NCBI RefSeq assembly: GCF_006345805.1
Contig: NC_043022.1
Location: forward strand, 22,382,001 to 22,446,000
Reading direction: 5' to 3'
Source: Octopus sinensis
Lineage: Eukaryota
DNA length: 64,000 nt
A program made the position numbers and the translations under genes. The notes under the pieces are model-generated. The model had not been told where the DNA came from. It was given only the letters and a program-made list of their open reading frames with translations, and did not search any database. Position 1 is the stretch's first letter. Each line of letters begins with the position of its first letter. Below are positions 61,401 to 64,000 of the stretch, in pieces.

Positions 61401-61983
61401 ATGATGGAAATTGTTAGCTGTCCACAGCCAGCAGACTAAGGTGACACTTGTTTACTGGTCATGCCTCAAGAACCCTGCAAAGAATTCTTGCAGTTTCAAA
61501 CAATGATGATTTTTGTAGGTGTTCTACCTTCACACTTGCACCAATCTTTTTCAGTAGGTTCTGTTGAATCTTGTGGTGTGTGACTAAATGAAGCACTTAG
61601 TGTTGAAACGATGTTTTCTCTCTTTCTTTTTCCTTGTCTTTCTCTTTTTTCTTCTAATTTTATTATTACATTTTTTTTTGCTTTCTTCACTCATGTTTGT
61701 TTTCTTCAGTTTTGGATTTGTATCATAATGTGGTTTTGTATTATATATATGCATCATATACATACATGTTATATATGTAATCATCAAATTTAACCATAAC
61801 ACCTGATTCTTATTATTTCTCTAGGTATACCTCCACAGTTACAGCTTCCTCATTTTCACTGGCTTGCTGCTGCTCTTCATAGTTTACACCTTTCTCAAAG
61901 TACCAGAAACAAAAGGACGCAAAATCGAAGACATAGTAGCCGACTTCCAATCAGAAGACACACAGGAGCGTGTGTTGATATAG
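26550..61983 (+). CDS. SLC2A: Facilitated glucose transporter, class I GLUT-like (MFS sugar porter); 12 coding exons, 1572 nt, 523 aa
   Basis: Hand-spliced frame intact with GT-AG introns. Motifs [65 protein letters not shown]; N-glycosylation sequon NDT in loop 1. Introns after LPEK, in GR, after EA, after INA, before EKYS and after FMD match vertebrate SLC2A1 positions. Family-level call only; exact orthology unresolved. Confidence 0.95.
27905..28085 (-). mobile_element. SINE family A, 3' part
   Basis: Match to the family; similar fragments at 35725-35925(-), 36238-36400(-), 37142-37300(-), 42665-42825(+), 57790-57930(+). Confidence 0.7.
28778..29081 (+). mobile_element. SINE family B
   Basis: Full head and tail; ~20-bp TSD TTTTGTACCATGGTC(A/G)TTTT. 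Confidence 0.9.
29178..29367. mobile_element. ~190-bp foldback/MITE-like palindrome
   Basis: Arms GGTCTCATCAGGTACATCCATAC...GTTTAGGCTGCCATG and CATGGCAGCCTAAAC...GTATGGATGTACCTGATGAGATCC. Confidence 0.8.
29491..29540. repeat. Perfect 50-bp loopless palindrome
   Basis: TATAATCAAAATAAGCAACAAGGAT|ATCCTTGTTGCTTATTTTGATTATA. Confidence 0.95.
29764..30177 (+). mobile_element. MITE family D, full copy in intron 1
   Basis: TIRs; exact TSD ACAGTAAC. Confidence 0.9.
30508..30890 (-). mobile_element. SINE family A
   Basis: Near-full reverse copy. Confidence 0.88.
31000..31290 (-). mobile_element. tRNA-derived SINE family H (also 42310-42640 +, and head at 57630-57740 -)
   Basis: Shared TGTTCTTGAGCAAGACACTTTATTTCACATTG and CTTGCCCA..CTTGTGCCTCA segments; the + copy has A/B boxes TGCTCAGTGG / GCTCGAATCC. 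Confidence 0.75.
31967..32368 (+). mobile_element. SINE family A, full copy
   Basis: Near-identical to 7638-8055. Confidence 0.9.
32889..33285 (-). mobile_element. SINE family A, full copy
   Basis: Reverse complement of 31967-32368. Confidence 0.88.
35010..35398 (+). mobile_element. Tandem dimer of SINE family F
   Basis: Two ~185-bp units, joined at GTAAAGAAATAGGTATTTCGTCTGCC. Confidence 0.85.
36507..36894. mobile_element. piggyBac-like MITE with internal ~167-bp duplication
   Basis: Ends CCCTTTTGTTAC / GTAACAAAAGGG, flanked by TTGA and TTAA; duplicated block starts at 36552 and 36719. Confidence 0.75.
37555..37790 (-). pseudogene. R4/Dong-clade LINE RT C-terminal fragment
   Basis: [16 protein letters not shown]...[30 protein letters not shown]. 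Confidence 0.75.
38403..38805. repeat. 196-bp tandem duplication (2 copies)
   Basis: CTATAAGCAAGGATAGC starts at 38403 and 38599; copies near-identical. Confidence 0.92.
39188..39286 (+). CDS. SLC2A: SLC2A exon 2 (TM1; phase 0-0)
   Basis: ttttcag|GGA...GAAAAA|gtgagt; [33 protein letters not shown]. Confidence 0.95.
40047..40272 (+). mobile_element. SINE family F, near-full copy
   Basis: Head GCTGGCAGAAACGTTAGCACGCCGGG plus core; an isolated inverted head lies at ~40350-40382. Confidence 0.85.
40628..41260 (-). pseudogene. RTE-clade LINE 3' portion
   Basis: [47 protein letters not shown], a typical RTE ORF2 end; CAAGTA-type tail at ~40630. Confidence 0.75.
41618..41921 (+). mobile_element. 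SINE family B
   Basis: TSD AAATGATAATGAT. Confidence 0.9.
42830..43145 (-). pseudogene. mariner transposase C-terminal relic with right TIR
   Basis: [15 protein letters not shown]...[14 protein letters not shown]...WEKCV..GGGYVEK; TA|CAAGGGGTGTTCA terminus at 42828. Confidence 0.85.
43323..43483 (+). CDS. SLC2A: SLC2A exon 3 (loop 1, TM2; phase 0-2)
   Basis: cccag|GTATTG...GGAAG|gtatgt; VLLEFYNDT...[17 protein letters not shown]...FGR. Confidence 0.95.
44017..44290 (+). mobile_element. R4/Dong-clade LINE 3' end with (AAT)n tail
   Basis: [34 protein letters not shown] followed by a 3' UTR and tail. Confidence 0.8.
44445..44900 (-). pseudogene. Tx1/L1-clade LINE RT fragment
   Basis: [12 protein letters not shown]...[18 protein letters not shown]...[14 protein letters not shown]. 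Confidence 0.8.
45630..45985 (-). pseudogene. CR1-type LINE 3' end
   Basis: [14 protein letters not shown]...[10 protein letters not shown]...[14 protein letters not shown]; two TGA stops consistent with CGA decay. Confidence 0.8.
46222..46662 (+). mobile_element. SINE family A, full copy
   Basis: Match to the family. Confidence 0.9.
47344..47468 (+). CDS. SLC2A: SLC2A exon 4 (TM3-TM4; phase 2-1)
   Basis: ttttccag|AAAGACC...GCGG|gtaagt; (R)[10 protein letters not shown]...[15 protein letters not shown](G). Not in the ORF track. Confidence 0.95.
47662..48052 (+). mobile_element. SINE family A
   Basis: Match to the family. Confidence 0.88.
48075..48548 (+). mobile_element. RTE LINE ORF2 end joined to family C 3' UTR with 24-bp tandem units
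   Basis: [12 protein letters not shown] motif, then ...GTAAAAGTACCTGTGCAGTGCC repeats and a GATGACGATG tail. Confidence 0.75.
48942..49358 (+). mobile_element. MITE family D in intron 4
   Basis: TIRs; exact TSD GGGCCAGA. Confidence 0.9.
49464..49634 (+). CDS. SLC2A: SLC2A exon 5 (TM5; phase 1-1)
   Basis: ccctacag|GAATC...TTTG|gtatgt; [27 protein letters not shown]...WPLIF. Confidence 0.95.
51735..51836 (+). CDS. SLC2A: SLC2A exon 6 (TM6, PESP; phase 1-1)
   Basis: gttctag|GTCTG...GCAG|gtactg; [33 protein letters not shown]. Confidence 0.93.
51948..52161. mobile_element. mariner-type MITE in intron 6
   Basis: TA|CAAGGGTGGGCTGAATAGTTCCTGGCTTT ... AAAGCCAGAAACTTTCCAGCGCCCCTTTG|TA. Confidence 0.75.
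52233..52321 (+). CDS. SLC2A: SLC2A exon 7 (cytoplasmic helices; phase 1-0)
   Basis: atttcag|CCTTA...CCACAA|gtatga; [30 protein letters not shown]. Confidence 0.93.
52600..52800 (+). pseudogene. Possible Penelope-like retroelement relic
   Basis: Short motif [18 protein letters not shown] resembles the 'LS..E.S.L.KGL.F' N-terminal motif of Penelope-like ORFs; otherwise degenerate. Confidence 0.35.
53830..54900 (-). pseudogene. RTE LINE ORF2 3' relic interrupted by a SINE B
   Basis: [25 protein letters not shown]...[16 protein letters not shown] and [29 protein letters not shown]. Confidence 0.82.
54197..54500 (+). mobile_element. SINE family B
   Basis: 12-bp TSD CAGTGCATGTGA / CAGCGCATGCGA, differing by CpG-type changes. 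Confidence 0.9.
55086..55184 (+). CDS. SLC2A: SLC2A exon 8 (TM7a, QQLSGINA; phase 0-0)
   Basis: ctacag|GTAACC...AATGCT|gtgagt. Confidence 0.95.
55762..55974 (+). CDS. SLC2A: SLC2A exon 9 (TM7b-TM9; phase 0-0)
   Basis: gttgcag|GTTGTT...TTCAGG|gtaaga; VVFYSTRIF...[15 protein letters not shown]. Confidence 0.95.
56175..56492 (+). mobile_element. SINE family B
   Basis: TSD ACTCCTCATCA. Confidence 0.9.
56753..56828 (+). CDS. SLC2A: SLC2A exon 10 (TM10; phase 0-1)
   Basis: ccttag|GAGAAG...CCAG|gtaaga; [25 protein letters not shown]. Confidence 0.95.
57955..58262 (+). mobile_element. Sister SINE of family B (same head and central TCTTTCGCCACAACTTTCTCTCACTCT, different tail)
   Basis: Direct comparison with family B copies. 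Confidence 0.8.
58472..58599 (+). CDS. SLC2A: SLC2A exon 11 (TM10b-TM11; phase 1-0)
   Basis: cttacag|GTAGC...ATGGAT|gtaagt; [11 protein letters not shown]...[18 protein letters not shown]. Confidence 0.95.
58686..59375 (-). mobile_element. Longest RTE-LINE 3' fragment: ORF2 terminus plus ~650-bp repeat-rich 3' UTR (family C)
   Basis: The minus strand reads VLAKTQQTK* and then runs continuously into the family C sequence and (GAT)n tail. Confidence 0.78.
59535..59850 (+). mobile_element. CR1-type LINE 3' end
   Basis: [45 protein letters not shown] plus UTR and (TTA)n tail. Confidence 0.85.
59855..60250 (+). mobile_element. SINE family A
   Basis: Match to the family. Confidence 0.88.
60265..60500 (-). 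pseudogene. Degenerate tandem C2H2 zinc-finger relic, probably an RTE LINE ORF2 C-terminus
   Basis: [20 protein letters not shown] and [21 protein letters not shown]; second finger damaged. Confidence 0.55.
61825..61983 (+). CDS. SLC2A: SLC2A exon 12 (TM12, PETKG, C-tail, stop TAG)
   Basis: ctctag|GTATAC...TTGATATAG; [11 protein letters not shown]...[27 protein letters not shown]. Confidence 0.95.
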   Translation, partial: VYLHSYSFLIFTGLLLLFIVYTFLKVPETKGRKIEDIVADFQSEDTQERVLI

Positions 61984-62833
61984 ATCCAGACCACACACAC
62001 ACACCAATCCACATACACCCGCACTCTCTCTACCGGCCCTTGAACAGAAGACACCCAGGAACGTGTGTTAATGATAATAATATGCACATGCTCTGCTACA
62101 CCTTCAACAGAGGATCTCAATTAGTGTCTGCTAACATACACCCTTGCCATGAACAGTGTTATATATATTTTTGAATTTTCTTTGCCAATGGAACAACAAA
62201 AAAAAAAAACAACACAACAGCTAGTACAAACACACAACACATATATAACTAAAATGATATAAATATGAACACAACACAACACACACACACATATATACAA
62301 TATACACAGAGTTTTTCATCCTGTCAAAGAAATCAATTTAAAATTTAAAACTGTACACATTTTCATTTATATATTTTTTGGTGTGTGAAAGTATATATTT
62401 GCATGTTTGTGAAGTCTGCTAGAACATACCTCAACAATTTAGCTGTAACGAGATTCAGAACATGGGAATAATTGAGGGTTCTTTTAAACAACAGTTCTTT
62501 ACCAATAACTCTGTGATCGGGATTTTGAGAGAAAAGATTCTTCAGACAAGAATGCCATGAGGTGGAAGCTATGATGAGAAAAAAAAAAAAAAATTAATAC
62601 TGAAATTTCTGTGATGAGGAAGGATGCTGTGACACTGATTCTGCGACGACAATTACATCAGCCAATGTCCGTAGCCTGATAGTAACACCGTCTTTAGGTG
62701 CTCAAGTGATAAAGTGGGGTTTATATATCCTTGTCTGTGTGAGTGTGTATGTGTGTGCATATGTATCTGTGTGTGTGTGTGTGTGTGTATGTGTGTATAT
62801 ATAAAGAGAGAGGGAGAGAGAATAACGCAGATA

Positions 62834-62839
62834 AATAAA
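62834..62839 (+). terminator. Candidate polyadenylation signal AATAAA
   Basis: AATAAA ~850 nt downstream of the stop; chance occurrence is common in AT-rich DNA. Confidence 0.25.
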
Positions 62840-63009
62840 ACTGCTTGTTTATTTGCATAATTATCTCCATATCTGCTCACCTGGATTCCTCTTATAGCCA
62901 CTCTTTACCCTGTGGAATTAGCCCTTGATAAAGATTTTGGAGGGTGAGTTCAAATTATCTGAGTGCTACTAAGTGTTTTCTCTATTGAGCATCTTTGGGT
63001 CTTATCTAT

Positions 63010-63013
63010 TGAG

Positions 63014-63047
<34 letters not shown>

Positions 63048-63450
63048 CATATATATATATATATATGTGTGTGTATGTATATATTTATATATAATAATTT
63101 GTATATGTATATTTATATATATGTATGTATGTTTATATATATACATATTATGTATATTTATATATATATTATATATATATATATGTATATTTATATATAT
63201 ATACATATATATATGTTCATATTTATATATTTAAATATATATGTTTATATATGTCTATACATTTAGTTGTGTATATATATACATACATACATATATATAT
63301 ATATATATGCATGTGGATATTTGTGTGTATGTGTGTGTCTGTGTGTGTATATGAAATGCATGCACAAGTGTATTTATATCTAGGTGCATGTATGTATATA
63401 TATATTTCTAAATGTATGTGTTTGAGTTACATGAGTGTGTATGTGTGTGC
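63010..63450. repeat. Compound (TG)n/(TA)n low-complexity tract
   Basis: Direct reading. Confidence 0.9.
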
Positions 63451-63589
63451 TAGATAAGCGGTGTGCCAACAAAACACTATTATATAGAAAGTAACAATGC
63501 TTCCATAAAATACATATCTTTGTTCTCTTTCAGTTGTTGTTGTTTCATTACTCCTCCTGCTTTTCCCCTATCTCTCCTCTCCCATTGTT

Positions 63590-63830
63590 TGTTGGCCCAG
63601 TAGCCACTCTAGAGCAGCCAACATTTAATTGTTCATGTGAGAAGCATAACTCGTCCAATTGAAGTCCTATTACAGACAGTGTTTGACCCTGAGATTTATT
63701 GATACACATTGCAAAGTTGATGCAAATAGGAAATTGCACTCTTCTGAATGAAAAAGGGATTTCTGCTACCAATGGAACGAGAGGAATTCTGGGTATGAAA
63801 ACATCCTCTTATTTTCCACATCCAGAGACT
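63590..63830 (-). pseudogene. Helitron RepHel (PIF1-like helicase) C-terminal relic
   Basis: GCGK*EDVFIPRIPLVP..AEIPFSFRRVQFPI..NFAMCINKSQGQTL..IGL.L...CFSHEQL.VGCSRV. Confidence 0.85.
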
Positions 63831-64000
63831 GACTTCCGTGCCGGTGGCACGTAAAAAGCACCATCCGAATTGTGGCCGATGCCAGCGCTGCCTTGGCTGG
63901 CTTCCGTGCCGGTGGCACGTAAAATGCACTAATCCGATCGTGGCCATTGCCAGCCTCACGTGGCACCTGTGCAGGTGACATGTAAAAAGCACCCACTATA

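Overview
AT-rich, microsatellite- and retroposon-dense animal DNA. The repeat families look like those of octopus (inferred from recognising the SINE/LINE types, not from a search). The window holds one complete, intact 12-exon plus-strand gene (26550-61983) encoding a 523-aa class-I-like facilitated sugar transporter (SLC2A/GLUT, MFS sugar porter family). All introns are GT-AG, all phases are consistent, and several intron positions match vertebrate SLC2A1. A probable exon of a neighbouring minus-strand gene sits at the left edge (8-221). The rest is tRNA-derived SINEs (at least 4 families), many truncated RTE-LINE 3' ends, CR1/Tx1/R4-Dong LINE relics, mariner/hAT/piggyBac-like/Merlin-like MITEs, Helitron pieces, palindromes and minisatellites. 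Most notable: (1) the transporter's last nine codons are repeated in frame beyond the stop codon with differences only at third codon positions, and both intervening stops (TAG, TGA) would become Trp by A-to-I editing; (2) a SINE sits at the same junction in two paralogous sequences, once with a 13-bp and once with a 120-bp flanking duplication; (3) a palindrome-seeded ~190-bp satellite carries 11 AP-1 consensus sites; (4) inverted repeats flank a symmetric exon; (5) an RxRxxS motif lies in a Ser-rich N-terminal exon. No prokaryotic-type system, CRISPR array, rRNA or genuine tRNA gene was found. Repeat boundaries are read by eye and are approximate unless a TSD is quoted.
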